A DNA stretch of 55,936 bases from Catajapyx aquilonaris (Eukaryota). The notes below the pieces were generated by a model that did not search any database, was not told the origin of the DNA, and saw only the letters and a list, made by a program, of their open reading frames with translations. The position numbers and the translations under genes were made by a program. This document shows, one piece after another, positions 1 to 12,035 of the stretch. Position 1 is the stretch's first letter, and each line of letters begins with the position of its first letter. The stretch covers positions 1 to 55,936 of the forward strand of contig KZ538651.1 in assembly GCA_000934665.2 (NCBI GenBank), given 5' to 3'.

Positions 1-308
1 TCGAACAGACCTCGAATTTTTTCCGACTTTCGTCTCTTCCCCTGACATTACCGTTCGTCTCAGAGATAAACGGATGGTATCACCGGAATCAGGATTTTTT
101 GCCTGAATTTTACAGATCAACTTGTATTTTGAGTGGAGTGTCCCTTTAAATATCTTTAAATATTGTTTATCTCGATATATATCGTTTAAATGTCTTTAAA
201 TATTGTTTATCTCGATATATCGCTTTAATATGTATAGTTAATATCGTTTGTAGAAAACGATAGTTTAAATCTTCCATTTTCCATTTTCAGTTTCAATTTT
301 CAATTTTC

Positions 309-442
309 GTGGATACGTCAAATGTCGTAAGTCAAATTTTCGTCGTAAGCGGTAGTAGCCATAGTTACTAATTATTAGTAACTGTGGTTACTACAGGTTA
401 CGACGAAAATTTGACTGAAATTACGACAGTTGATGAATCCAC
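309..442. mobile_element. Palindromic MITE-like foldback
   Basis: GTGGAT..GTCAAATTTTCGTCGTAA..TAGTTACTAAT / ATTAGTAACTG..TTACGACGAAAATTTGAC..ATCCAC inverted arms with almost no spacer. Confidence 0.65.
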
Positions 443-1312
443 CCCCAGATATTCACCACTGAAATAAACTTACACTAAACATTCGTACACAACAATATCA
501 ATTTCAAAAGGGATTCTTGCAAAACTCAATAATTAGATCCGCTTTGTCTGTTTACGCCGAAACTGTAATTAACAAATGAGAATGCAGTAGTCGCAATTAT
601 TGTAAATTTGCACATCCTTAAATAAATAATTGGATTAATTTATAACAGACGACACTGTATAGTACTGTGCATTAATTTTGAGTACCACCACTGCACATTT
701 TAAGCCTATAAAGTTATTCCTTAATCCTAATGCTTGCCGATGTCACCTTACGTGGCGCATATTAACGTCATTAGCGTTGCGTAAAAGTCCAAACGTCACG
801 GTGATGAAAGGACTCCAGGTTGTGACAAGGGATTAGGACCGGAGCATATGCGCGGTTTAGGATCAAGTCTGAACCTAGGGTAGGAATCAGAGCAGAGATA
901 TAGCGGTAGAAGTAGGGGTTTATTCTCTCCCCCACCTTCCCTCTTCTCCTCCCTATCCCCCACCATCCTCGCCTCGGGCTCAAAGCGTTTGTTGGCCCGC
1001 GGATTTGCATTTGCCAGCCTCGCTAGTTAATCGGATTACAAGTATGGCGATAGAAATTGAAATTCTGCCCGACGACGCCTTTCATCATTTGGGGAAGGAA
1101 GCACCCACTCTTCAGCAACAATGCTCCTTTGTGACTCCAAAAAATTCGAAGGCTACTTTTAAGATAGGGCCAATATGGATTGTTTGATCTTGAGCTTGTT
1201 ATTTGCTTGTACCGCTTTCCAACAATGTGGGAAATCACGCGAGCGTTTGGGGTTTTGATGACAAATGACGCAGACCGCACCTTGCCCAATCTTCTGCGCC
1301 TAAATTATAATG

Positions 1313-2431
1313 CAGTTGACTCCGGATATAACAGCCTCGGTTATAACGGATTTTCGATCATAATGGACTTTTGGCTATAACGGATTTTCGATCGCAAGGG
1401 ATTTTCGGTAATAACGGATTTTCGATCGCAAGGGATTTTCGATCATAACGGATTCTCGATCATAACAGACTTTCGGTTATAACGGATTTTCGGTAACGGA
1501 TTTTCGATTATAACGGACTTTCGATTATAACGAACTCGAAAGGTCGGTTATGGAAAACTTCCATGAGGCACTGTGTATTTTTTACTACTGATATAACAAA
1601 CTCATTTTTCACATCACCTCGGCTATAACAGACCGTTTCTTGGTCCCTCGGCGGGAAAATATTCTGGTTTTGATTATTGAACATAATTTTCCATAATACA
1701 GTTGACTTCGGATATAACAGCCTCGGTTATAACGGACTTTTGGTTACAACGGATCACAACGGATTTTAGATTATAACGGACTTTCGATTATTATAACGGA
1801 CTCGAAAGGTCCGTTGCGGAAAACTTCTATAAGGCCCTGTGTATTGTTTTACTACTGATATAACCAGATATAACAAATTTATTTTTCACGTCACCTCGGA
1901 TATAACAGACCGTTTCTTGGTCCCTCGGCGGAAAAATATTCTGGTTTTGATTATTCAACATCATTTTCCATGAGAATCCATGGAATACTGGTTCGGGGAT
2001 GATTTTCGCATCTGTCACTGATCTTAGTTACTCAAAATCATACCTTTCCTGGTATATTTAGCAACAAGGGGACAGCAGAAGGAAATTTATGGTGTTGTGG
2101 GGTCTTGCATTTTGCATTTTTGTGGATAGTTTCACTAATGTATGCAGTAGCGGAGAATATAATCATACTAGTGCAGCCGCAGCCAAAATTTGGCAAAACC
2201 TCCAATCCTCCCGCCGACCACCTACCCAGCCACCCTACCTCCCTCCGCCCCACAAACTGGAGCGTTCCAGACAGAGGGAAGAAAAAAATAAGGCGATTAT
2301 TATAAGGGGAATTTAAAGCATAAAACTGATTCGTTGCAAAAGTGGCGATTTGGCTATAACAGATCTATAACAGATCTATAACAGACATTTTTCGCCATCC
2401 CTTGAATTGTCATATCTGGAGTCAATAACTG
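1313..2431. mobile_element. Tc1/mariner-type non-autonomous element with a duplicated left end and ATAACGGA subterminal repeats
   Basis: CAGTTGACT(C/T)CGGATATAACA at 1313 and 1699 (tandem duplication of about 385 bp); inverted end TGTCATATCTGGAGTCAATAACTG-TA near 2408-2433; arrays of ATAACGGATTTTCG. Confidence 0.65.
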
Positions 2432-2445
2432 TAGTAGAAAAATTC

Positions 2446-2827
2446 ACCGAAGCAGGTTGGTGGAGTCACTGGAGTGGATAACACCTCCGACTGCTAATTT
2501 GGAGGTCCTGGGTTCCAGTCCCGGGGCCGGCAATCCTAACCGTGGTTTTCTGTGGTTTCCCACGTCCCGCCCAGGAAATTCCGGGGTCGCTTCCGTAAAT
2601 AATAGGCCACAGCTGCTCCCTTCCTTTCCTATCCTTGACCCATCCATGGGGAGGTGCGGTGTCTGTGGGGGATTTCTGACCCGCACCTAAGGGGTTGTCT
2701 TGCAACCTGACCCCCCTGCACCCGAGAGAAAAATGCGAAAGAAAAATTCGTAAGAATAAATTGTGGTAATCCACCCCCCTAAAAGGGCTTTGTTCCCTCC
2801 AATTGGGTATACCCCCCCCCCCCCCCA
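2446..2827 (+). mobile_element. tRNA-derived SINE, family A
   Basis: 19-bp TSD AACTGTAGTAGAAAAATTC (2427-45, 2828-46); tRNA-like head (GACTGCTAAT..GGTTCCAGTCCC); homologous copy at 19721-19978. Confidence 0.85.
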
Positions 2828-4008
2828 AACTGTAGTAGAAAAATTCGTTTTACTGGAAAACAGGAAGGTGGATTATAAAACCTATTTTCGTTACACTGAA
2901 TCTGTGGCTATTTCATACAGTTTAGGCCCTGATACTTGTTCACGGACAGACAGACAGACGTTTTATAAGACCAGTTTTTATCATTTAAAAATAGCCTCAT
3001 GCATATTAAAGCACCTTAGAGCACCAGATAAGCATATAATTTAATTCTAGACGTATACAGAACCAATATCTCCCATTTGCTACATAACAACAAAGAAGTT
3101 TTCCTTTTTGAGCCAAGTATAAGAAGAAGAAAAAAACACAATTCTAGGTATTTTTGGTATCCTCTTTGAGCTCCTAGAATGCCACCCAAACGGAAAATAC
3201 ATTTGAGAGCTGTTTTCAAGAGAGCTTTTGGAGAGAGTTTGGTTAGATGTGGGAGGGGTTTGGGTTTCTTGCATCGACCAGAATATTGGCATAGTTAGTA
3301 AAGGGCACGGGAATCCTAGAGACGTGACATATTCTAGGGTACTATACCCAATGGGTAGGGGGTTTTCTCTCTTTAAAAGCTTGCACACCCCCCCCCCCAC
3401 CCCCCCACACCGAAATCGGAAGCTTAGATCACGATTCGTAGATGCTTGTCGCACCAATTTGCATAAAGCAATTTGTGTCGCGTTGTGCGGTTAGTTAATT
3501 CAGAATCGGTTAGATTTGGGCCTGTGGCACAATTTTGATAGATAAATGCTATTATAGTGTAACTGACAGTTATGAAACCAAAATGGTTATTTTATGTGTG
3601 AAAAAATTAGTATTCAACACTAGGTTTTGGAACAAGTCGTAAAATCTAAACACGGATTGTATTGAACCGAATAATTGTTTCCTGAAAATTTTTGCGGGGG
3701 GTATATACCGAGCAGCGGTATTACGTGATGACATTCATAAGGGCCAGGAGATGATGCGGGGGACAGTTAATGAGTTAACTGGATGCCAATTATGATGGGT
3801 GGCGGGGCGTATTAGACAGTCAAATGCTGCCAGTCTGCCTCATCAACATGCGCCTCTCGCCCTTGCCTAGCTAATGAATTGGCCTCACCAGTTTCATAAC
3901 CGGACGACACTTCAGTTCCATCATATCAAAAGTGTCGTGTTAGGATGTTCTAAGTACCAACTGGGGTTAGTTGTGCATTTTAAATATGCTGCTGATGGGT
4001 GAAGCCAG

Positions 4009-4426
4009 GCGGCCATCTTGGTATGGCCAAAAATTAATTTTCAGAAATTCTTTACAAAATTACAGTGCAATTTATGTTAAGATTAGTATTAAAAATTGCT
4101 ACGATACGATTTAAATAGATTCTGACTAAGCAGATTGAAGATTGAACACGGCGGCCATCTTGAAATTAATTATTGTCAAGTGTTAACAAATTCACAGTGA
4201 AATATACAAAATTTATGTTAAGATTAAGTGTTTAAAATTGCAATTAGATTTTAATGTAGCAGTTGCTCTCAGGTGCGGCCATCTTGGTGGGCCTAGAAAT
4301 TAATTTTCGGCCAGTTTTTACAAGATTACAGTGCAAAATACAAAAATTTACGTTAAATGTAGTATTTAAAAATTGCGTTTGGACTTTAATGTAGGTTCCG
4401 ACTAAGCAGGTTAGGCGGCCATCTTG
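4009..4426 (+). repeat. Degenerate tandem repeat, unit 124-142 bp, each unit anchored by GCGGCCATCTTG
   Basis: Motif at 4009, 4151, 4275 and 4415 with shared AAATTAATT..TTACAGTGCAA..TTTATGTTAA. Confidence 0.75.
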
Positions 4427-5274
4427 GTATCCCCACAAAGCAAAAAAAAATACATCAAAACTTTTATGATTAGCTCTATAGTGTCAACCGAACTCATTTC
4501 TAATTATCTTTTATAAGGAATATGTAAATGATCGATTTTTTTGTTCCCTCCGGACATGTCCTATCTCATATGCTCCAACGGCTGTTGATTAAAGTATTTC
4601 AGATAATTGTTGGGAAATATTGCGAACTCGTTCGCCAGCACCACCTGCACTTCTTCTTTTTTTTGTGCAAAAAGTTTAATTAAGTAATGTACATCTCTGC
4701 TCTGTAATTAAGAGCTGTGTGGCTTGAGCACTTTAATTTGCTAGAGGCAATGCGATTGTAATGGTGGCTCTAAATTTTATGCAGGTTGGAATTATTTGCA
4801 CTAAGCAGAGCAAATTTTAGCACACGTTATATTTTTCAAAATAAATTATGACTTTTTTTTACAAGAAATAGAGCTACGAATACATAGACTGTTTATAGTA
4901 TCTGCGTCTCGACCGTACATCAAGTCTAAGTGACCTTTCCTCCTTGAAGCGTTTCCATTTCCGGCCTCCGTTCCTGTGACAATCGTAGCTTCCGTTCCCT
5001 GCTGTCTTCTTTTTGCAGTCCAAATCAGTGGAAAGCAACTTAAGATGGCGACGCATTAAGGGTGTATAAAGGAACCGTCGAGGATAGCTCATTAGACCGC
5101 ATTATGTGCCGGAGGAGGAGGAAATTGCTAACGGTCCTTATCACGACTCGAATTAGTACGAAGTGACGGGGAGGGTCAGGGGTGAAAGGGCATGGGGGGT
5201 AGTCTTATCAGTTCGGTAAAATACGTGGTTTTCAGCAGATTTTTTTAAACGATAGAACGATAGAACCAGGGAGC

Positions 5275-5477
5275 TCCTCCTGGAAATTTGGCCACTCTGG
5301 GGATCTTTAACGTGCACTCGCGCAATGTCACAAGCACACGGGACTGACGGCTTTACTTCCCCTCCGAAAGAAGGCGTTTCTACCACCCGGAGAAAAGTCA
5401 CCGACCTCGGCCGGATTCGAACCCACAATCTTGGGACCAGAGGCGAGCGCCCTGACCACTAGTCCACCAAGGCCGGC
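5275..5477 (-). mobile_element. tRNA-derived SINE, family B (Deu/Nin-domain-like body)
   Basis: Minus strand A box TGGACTAGTGG, B box GGTTCGAATCC; body GCACGTTAAAGATCCCCAG..GGCCAAATTTCC; TSD AACCAGGGAGC (5264-74, 5479-89). Confidence 0.85.
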
Positions 5478-5481
5478 TAAC

Positions 5482-6130
5482 CAGGGAGCATGTACTACAT
5501 AAGAGGAGCAAACATTCTATTCGCGCGTCTCTGTTTGGGCCGTTGCCAAGGCTGGTGGCCATTTTGAAAAGGGGGAAACGCCAACGAGGTATAAATAGGG
5601 TACAGGCAGGCCGTAAAGGTACGCCATCCTTGATGGTTTTGGCGGCTACGACCGTATGGGCTCCTTGCACTTTTCTACGTATTAATTCCGTAAGTACGGC
5701 AAAAATATTCAAATTGGCTCGTGTTCTTACCGTGAAGTGCCATGGCCGCCAAAACCGTCAAAGATGGCGGACCTTTACGGCCTGCCTGTATCCTATACCT
5801 AGTTGGCGTTGCCCCCTTTTCAAAATGGCCACCAGCCTTGGCAACGGCCCAAACAGAGAGACGCGCGAATCGAATGTTTGCGCCTTTCATGTAGTATACT
5901 TGGAAAACGCTCGCTCTTTTCTAGGCCTACGGCCTGGGGGTACCTATTCGGCGCACCATATCGCCGGGGAATGGACAGTTTCCCCGGCAACCCAACAGGA
6001 GTTGTTTACACCCCATTGCGCATGAGTAGAACGCGGGCCAATGGGGGAGGTGGCGGTAACAATATGCGGCAGACCAATCAGAGGGCTCGGCCAACTCCCG
6101 CAAGGATTTTAATATTATAGATGCTCCCTG
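5482..6130. mobile_element. Long-TIR MITE (CAGGGAGCAT..ATGCTCCCTG) carrying a Helitron insertion in its right arm
   Basis: Inverted arms 5482-5650 and 5743-5898 + 6122-6130. Confidence 0.8.
5899..6121 (-). mobile_element. Non-autonomous Helitron-like element
   Basis: Minus strand begins TCTATAATATTAAAA and ends ..CCAAG after a short hairpin; sits between A(5898) and T(6122) with no TSD; second copy at about 27513-27778. Confidence 0.75.
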
Positions 6131-6144
6131 ATATAACTTTAAAC

Positions 6145-6327
6145 TAGGGCTGTGAGATATCCGAAATTGCATATCGACTTTCGATGCTCAGAAAATATCG
6201 AATCGAAGTCGATATATCGAAAATCGAAAAACCGACATCGCGATATTCGATACATCGCACATGCCAAGCGTCGGATATCGCAACTTCGATATCGACAGTC
6301 GATGTATCGAAATATCGCACAGCCCTA
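6145..6327. mobile_element. hAT-type MITE
   Basis: TIR TAGGGCTGTG.GATAT / ATATCGCACAGCCCTA; 8-bp TSD CTTTAAAC; rich in TATCGA subrepeats. Confidence 0.88.
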
Positions 6328-7993
6328 CTTTAAACTTTGAAAAAATCCAAACAGGGCCATCTACCGGCGCCACTTGTTTAGTACACCATTATGAAAATCG
6401 CAAGGCATATACTTCATGTTTAATTATGCATTAGGTGTTTGCACGCGAAACAATAGTGAAGCCTATCTGTATAATTAGGGAACGAATATTTTGTGAGAGA
6501 TAAACTTCAAGCTTTAAAACCAATTTTTTAATCGTAGTTTTCACACGATCCAGGCTTTACTCCAGGACGATTTATGAATGTGCCCTTGTTTGGATCCCGG
6601 GGATTCGATTTGGGGAACCCTTGTTTATTGATTGGTTGAAACACGGAGAAGATTCGCACCTCGTTCTTTGTGTCAACATGAGTTAGTAGAAGGTTCTTGG
6701 CTATATAAAGGTATACAAAGAAAGCCCATTTTACCTAGAGGAAATCTATATGGGCTTGAGGGTAATTTAATTTTGCTGATTATTTACAAGGGGGATTTAT
6801 TGTGTGATAGAGCACCTTAGGGGATTTTTTAAAGCTAATTCTAGAGAGGTGGTTAAATGTTTGAATATTTAATTACTAAAATGTCCCCTTAGGGAAAGGA
6901 AGAGTTCATTTAGCCAACTGTGTGTTTTGTGAAACACCCTTTGGGCACTTTCCCAGTTTTACTAAAAGTAGTGCGCAGTTTTAGCAACTTTAAAACTTAT
7001 GTATGGTATAACTGTCAGCTATTGTGTATCAAGACATATCGTGGTCATAAAGCACTTTGAACCTACACAAATACATCATCTCTGTCCTATATATGCTGAC
7101 ATGAACAACATTGATTCTGTCTCCTAACAAAAAGGATTTTGAATGAATAGAAAACTTGCAGTGAAGCGATGCAGATGAATTTATGATTCAAGTTTTAAAG
7201 TCATAATTTATCCCAAAAACCTTTTGCAAAAATTCATGTATGGGAACTTCCCTATTTGCTCCATCAATCTTTCCTCGTAGCCTCTTCTGCACCTTTTTAT
7301 AGGAGCAGGTAAGTCAGATGGAACCGGTCATAAATAATTCAACCCTATCGCCGGTTCCACTTAGGCCCAGGCTTTTTTTTAACACCCTTTCTTCCAAGAC
7401 CCTCACCTGGATAGCGTTACGGTGTCACTTTCGCTTGCAATTTTTGGCAACGATGAGAAACTGTGCTAGTTTTTGCACAACTTTACGCTATAGCCATCCA
7501 TCCTGAACCAGATGCGCAAAATGTGCTTTGACTAAGTTATAGCCGGTTGTAAATTCCAGCCCTGTTTTTCTCGTATTAGATTTTTATCAGTTTATCAGTA
7601 GCCTCAATTCAGGCCGTCACACGACTGGTCTATCCAGACAACGCCATCTTCAGACGAAACTCCCAACTAGCTAGAAAATATTCCGGAATCCTGTCACAAC
7701 ATGTTTACACGCGGTTTCAGGAACGCCCAACTTAGCGCAGATTTTTCCTCCTAGGTTTTACATCGCATTTCTGGAGAAAACAGCGAACCTCCATCAGGAT
7801 TTAGATACCGGTTTCAAATCGGATCCGTGTAAAAGGCTTTAGGCGTAACTCAAAACCGCTTTATTTTCCTGACGAATGAGACCTGAGAGTCCTGAAAAGC
7901 TGGTTTTTAGAAAAGAGGTTTATTTAGTCTGGATAGAACCGGTTTCTATTATAAGGGCATTGAAGTACTGGATTCTTCTAGCAATATTACAGA

Positions 7994-8276
7994 CTAGCTG
8001 CAGCAGAAATGAATGAAAGGAAAACACCTGCAAGTACCCCCGTCAACTGTCTGTCTTTCTGTGTGTCCGGCCACCAATGCCATCTGTGGTTCTGCTACTC
8101 CAACACCTTCAACCTCTCCCGCCTGTATAACGGCAACCGTCATTTGCCTGCCATCTGTAGTGAACCCCCAACACCTCCATCCCCTCCCGGGCTGGGGGTG
8201 GAGCACAGATGGCAGGCAAATGACGGTCGACAGGCGGACAGACAGACAGACTCACAAACGGCTTTATTTATATAGA
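7994..8276 (-). mobile_element. Non-autonomous Helitron-like element
   Basis: Minus strand 5' TCTATATAAATAAAG.. followed by a GTCT microsatellite; 3' CTAG; A|T target site. Confidence 0.7.
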
Positions 8277-8285
8277 TTTATTATA

Positions 8286-8400
8286 TAGGGTGTTTCAACT
8301 TTTTTGTCCAAACAGTTATCGGAAATATTGCACTAATATTTCCGGAATTTCACGGAATATTTCCGATAACTGTTCGGACAAAAAAAGTTTAAACACCCTG
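8286..8400. mobile_element. Tc1/mariner-type MITE
   Basis: About 45-bp TIR AGGGTGTTT..TCGGAAATATT / AATATTTCCGA..AAACACCCTG; TA on both flanks. Confidence 0.8.
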
Positions 8401-8941
8401 TATTTACCCAAATTTCCGTTTTCAGAAACGAAGTTTTAGGTAACAAATAAAATTACTGTCCGAAACTAACACTATTAAAGTCATGAGATTAGGTTGTTTG
8501 AAGCAAGGTTCCCTCTTAATAAAGTACATTATTTTGCTCGGTTGAATTTTCAATCTGGCGAATGCAACTGGCATTGTTTGTGATTTAGCGAAGCTAATAT
8601 TGAGCGATGAAACAGGACAATTAAAACGGTTAATGCGCTCATTAAACAAGTTGCGAAATGTTGGTCCGTCTGATTTTTAAATTAAATATTTCATATGTTT
8701 GAGACATGTTCACATCACTAGTCTGGCCCAGTTATGCCCATTGGCTAGCTCTATTGCAGCGCAAGTGCTCATATAATTTTAAATATATTTTCGGTACTGT
8801 AATAGGTACTGTAGTACAGTACACGAAGTTCATGCAATGTACACAATGGGGTTGCTTACATTAAAATTCCAGGTTTTATTACCATTCCAGGCATATTTAA
8901 GTAGCTCTGTTGCTACCAAGACAAGTGCCAGAAGCCACGTC

Positions 8942-9312
8942 GTACGTGGTATCGCACTACAGTTACGAGCTAACCACTGGTTGTAGTTTTAGTACACTAA
9001 AAATAGTTCTTAGAAATTATTCAGGCCCATTAAACTTGGGGTGATAAGTGGTAGTGTTGATATATTTTCTTTAGTCAAATTTTTAATATTGTTTATTAAA
9101 TATTGACGTCACTATAGAACACGGTGTTAAGGTACGTGGTATCGCACTAAAGTGACGAGCAAACCACTGTTTATAGTTTTACTACACTAAATTAGTTCTT
9201 AGAAATTATTCAGGCCCATTATACTTGGGGTGATAAGGCATAGTGTTGATACCCTTTCTTTAGCCAAATTTTTAATATTGTTTATTAAATATTGACGTCA
9301 CTATAGAACACG
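8942..9312 (+). repeat. Tandem duplication, unit about 190 bp
   Basis: GTACGTGGTATCGCACTA..TTGACGTCACTATAGAACACG starts at 8942 and 9132. Confidence 0.9.
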
Positions 9313-10340
9313 TCGTAAATTCAAAGCTCGGTTCCAAAAAAAGACGTGCTTATCCAATTTTAGCGTCAAAGAGCACCTTAGCGTAGATCAAAAGGCGGCA
9401 AAAGTCGCGTCGACAAGGGAACCGAATTGACGCCATAGCCGCGTGTGCACAAAAAAACTCGGTTAAAAACCAGTTTTGTAGATGGGATTACCAGTCGACC
9501 CCTTGATGAATCCTGCGGGGACACCGAGCGTCACAATCGTCTCTCGACATTAAAGTGAAATGAGGAAAAAAGGGATATGTCAGGGTTGTCGCAGTGGTAT
9601 CTGGAGGACATCCAAATATGTGTGGTAATCGCCTTCCAACCGGTCCAAAAACCAGGAATCCATTGATTTTACCTGGACAAATCCGATTTGGAAAAAGTAG
9701 GCGACAGATTCGACATGTGGCTTATTCATACGGCTGACAAGCAGTGACATGAACACACCTCATGATATTAACACATTTAAAAATTTGCTAATTTTCCATG
9801 CTGTAGACTTAAAGTGAGCGTATAATCCGAGGTATTTGTTGGCTCAGCGGGTGCTACAAATACGTTACGTTTGGAACTATGGACGAGCATGGTTGCCAGA
9901 TTGTGGTAACAAATGTGGAGTCGCCAAGGATCAAAGCGGCCTGTTAATAATAAGCGTGGGGGGTGCTGCCAGGAAGCGTAATTACAGCCGAGCTTGTGAT
10001 GAATAGGCTTGATATTGGACACAGAACTAGGAGTGAGCTAGGATGGTATGGGCTAAGTTCTGACAGCATACATTACACGTCATAAGTCATAGCGTCACAT
10101 ACTAAAGTAATGAAGTCAAATCTTTAATTCGTTTAAGGTAGTGACGTCAGAACTTGTTTTCTGAAGTCATTTGATACACAAATCCTTAAGGAATTAAGGG
10201 TGCCTCCCTTTTCCGGAACTTGGACGGCTTAACATTTTCATCAGAGGACCATTAAGACGCAAATGGCCTCATTCCGACGGCTGATTTCGACCTTGGCTCC
10301 GCTTTTGAGAGACAATTATTTCGTCGCTACTTCCTAAATG

Positions 10341-10447
10341 TAACGGTCGTTTTGGCAACGGAAGTGGGAGAAAAATAACGGTCGTTTTGAAAAGGCGGGT
10401 AAAAAATAACGGTCGTTTTGAAACGGCGGGTAAAAAATAACGGTCGC
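10341..10447 (+). repeat. Short tandem repeat, unit about 30 bp (TAACGGTCGTTTTG..)
   Basis: Four TAACGGTCG copies at regular spacing. Confidence 0.8.
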
Positions 10448-11902
10448 TGGTACATTTTGGCGGCCACGTTTAATCGAATACTGAAACTGCGTTTGAGGTC
10501 TCATTAAACGGTATGCCCTAAGGATAAATTAAAGTAAATACAATTTTGGGTATGCTGCAAGGCACATACTTCAATCAAAAAAACGATGCATTAAGACTAT
10601 GTACGGCTACCATGTTGAGACACCGTACGCACTTGAAGCAGTCATACGCACCATTGATCACATAATTATCTGTGTAATACGGTTAAAATTTATGACGGCC
10701 TCATCACTGACCATGATGCAAAATGGATTAGAGATTTATGCGAATTAGGCTCAACCTGAGTGTGGGGGGTAGTTTGCGAAAAAGGATACGACTGGTGCGG
10801 CCTCTGGTGGATGAAGGGTTATAATTACAGTTGGGGAAACACAAAAAGTTGCAGGCAATAATAGCGAAATTGGTTTGCTGGAAGTTTATTGGAGTTGCTG
10901 GTGTTTTATGTGCGGTTTTTTTGATGGTTGTAATTTTTCCAGAGTGTCCAACAGTACACTTAAATTGTAACAATGTGAGATTTAAGTCTATGTATGAATT
11001 AAAGTGGATATTCAGTGTCTATTTGCGATAGTTGACGTAGAAACACGCCCACAATAAGGTCATCGAACAACCAGCTCATTATTGATGGAACTAGTCCATA
11101 ATAGCTATAGATTCAGGCTCTCGTATAACACTCCATATTAATTATTTGTTTTGCTTCGGGCCCAATTAGTTCCGCCCATCTTTAATACTGGTTTTAACGA
11201 CTCTGAATCCATATTTCAAGTGATCATTGACTTCGTTATTTTAATTTTTTTGATTTAAAAAAAATACAAAATAACTAGTCTAGGTTCGGTTTTGGTAGGG
11301 GGGTGGAAGATAGAATCAAGCTTGAAACTGACATGTTGTGGTGATGAAAAGCTGAAGTTCCAACAGTTTGTGCGCCATGCAGGCGCCATGTTTTTCCAGG
11401 CCGGTTGCAATGGCAAACGATCAAATTAACTGACTTATTAGAGTGGACACAGATGGGATTTTGATGCCGGTTTTTACCAAACTGCCGAAGGACAATTCTC
11501 TATCCCATCATGTCATGGATGATTACTAGTGAGGACGACTGGCTCAATGTCATTATCGGACTTTGGATCAGTTTTGGTTCGATGCTAGAACTTCGTGGGG
11601 GGAAAATGTTTGATTTTTTTTTCTAGGAAAAGTTTCATTTTTTTGGCAATTTCAGACTTTTTCTTATCAAAAAAGTCTGTCTGTCTGTATGTGGACAAGC
11701 ATCAGGGCCTAAATTGCAAGAGATATCGACAAACTGTTTTCTGATTCGGATTCAGTGGACTCTACATAGGTTTCATGGTCAACTTCCGGTTCTCCGGGTA
11801 GCCTACACTATATGCAACAAGGCGGGTGTCCTTGACAATGAAAAAAAGTCTACTCGAATCGCACTTGAGTGATTTTCCAATCATATTTGGTTAGAATAAC
11901 TG

Positions 11903-12035
11903 GGTTCAGTGGGGCTTAACGTCGTCCTATTTCTGCCTCTAAGGGTCAACACCGACGCCAGGGGGTGGTCCTCCTTCTGGAAATTTGGCCACTCTGGGGA
12001 TCTTTAACGTGCACTCGCGCAATGTCACAAGCACA
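11903..12035 (-). mobile_element. 5'-truncated SINE, family B
   Basis: Near-identical to 5277-5338; 14-bp TSD GGTTAGAATAACTG (11889-902, 12036-49). Confidence 0.85.

Noticed and set aside
1330..1560. Short regularly spaced repeats (ATAACGGATTTTCGAT) superficially like a CRISPR array
   Set aside because: No unique spacers and no cas genes; eukaryotic context; they are subterminal repeats of a TIR element.
2089..2316. Hydrophobic ORF start (MVLWGLAFCIF..) as nAChR exon 1
   Set aside because: Lies inside a TIR element and has no suitable phase-1 donor.
5400..5477. tRNA gene (A and B boxes); similarly at 2450, 19725, 36540 and 51400
   Set aside because: No complete cloverleaf; each continues into a repeated body, most with an A-rich tail or TSD, so they are SINE heads.
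5398..6373. Cluster of overlapping 60-160 aa ORFs
   Set aside because: By-products of GC-rich palindromic MITE/Helitron sequence; the same peptide appears on both strands.
10831..11031. Hydrophobic ORF as the signal-peptide exon
   Set aside because: Starts at TTG, with no convincing ATG plus phase-1 donor combination.
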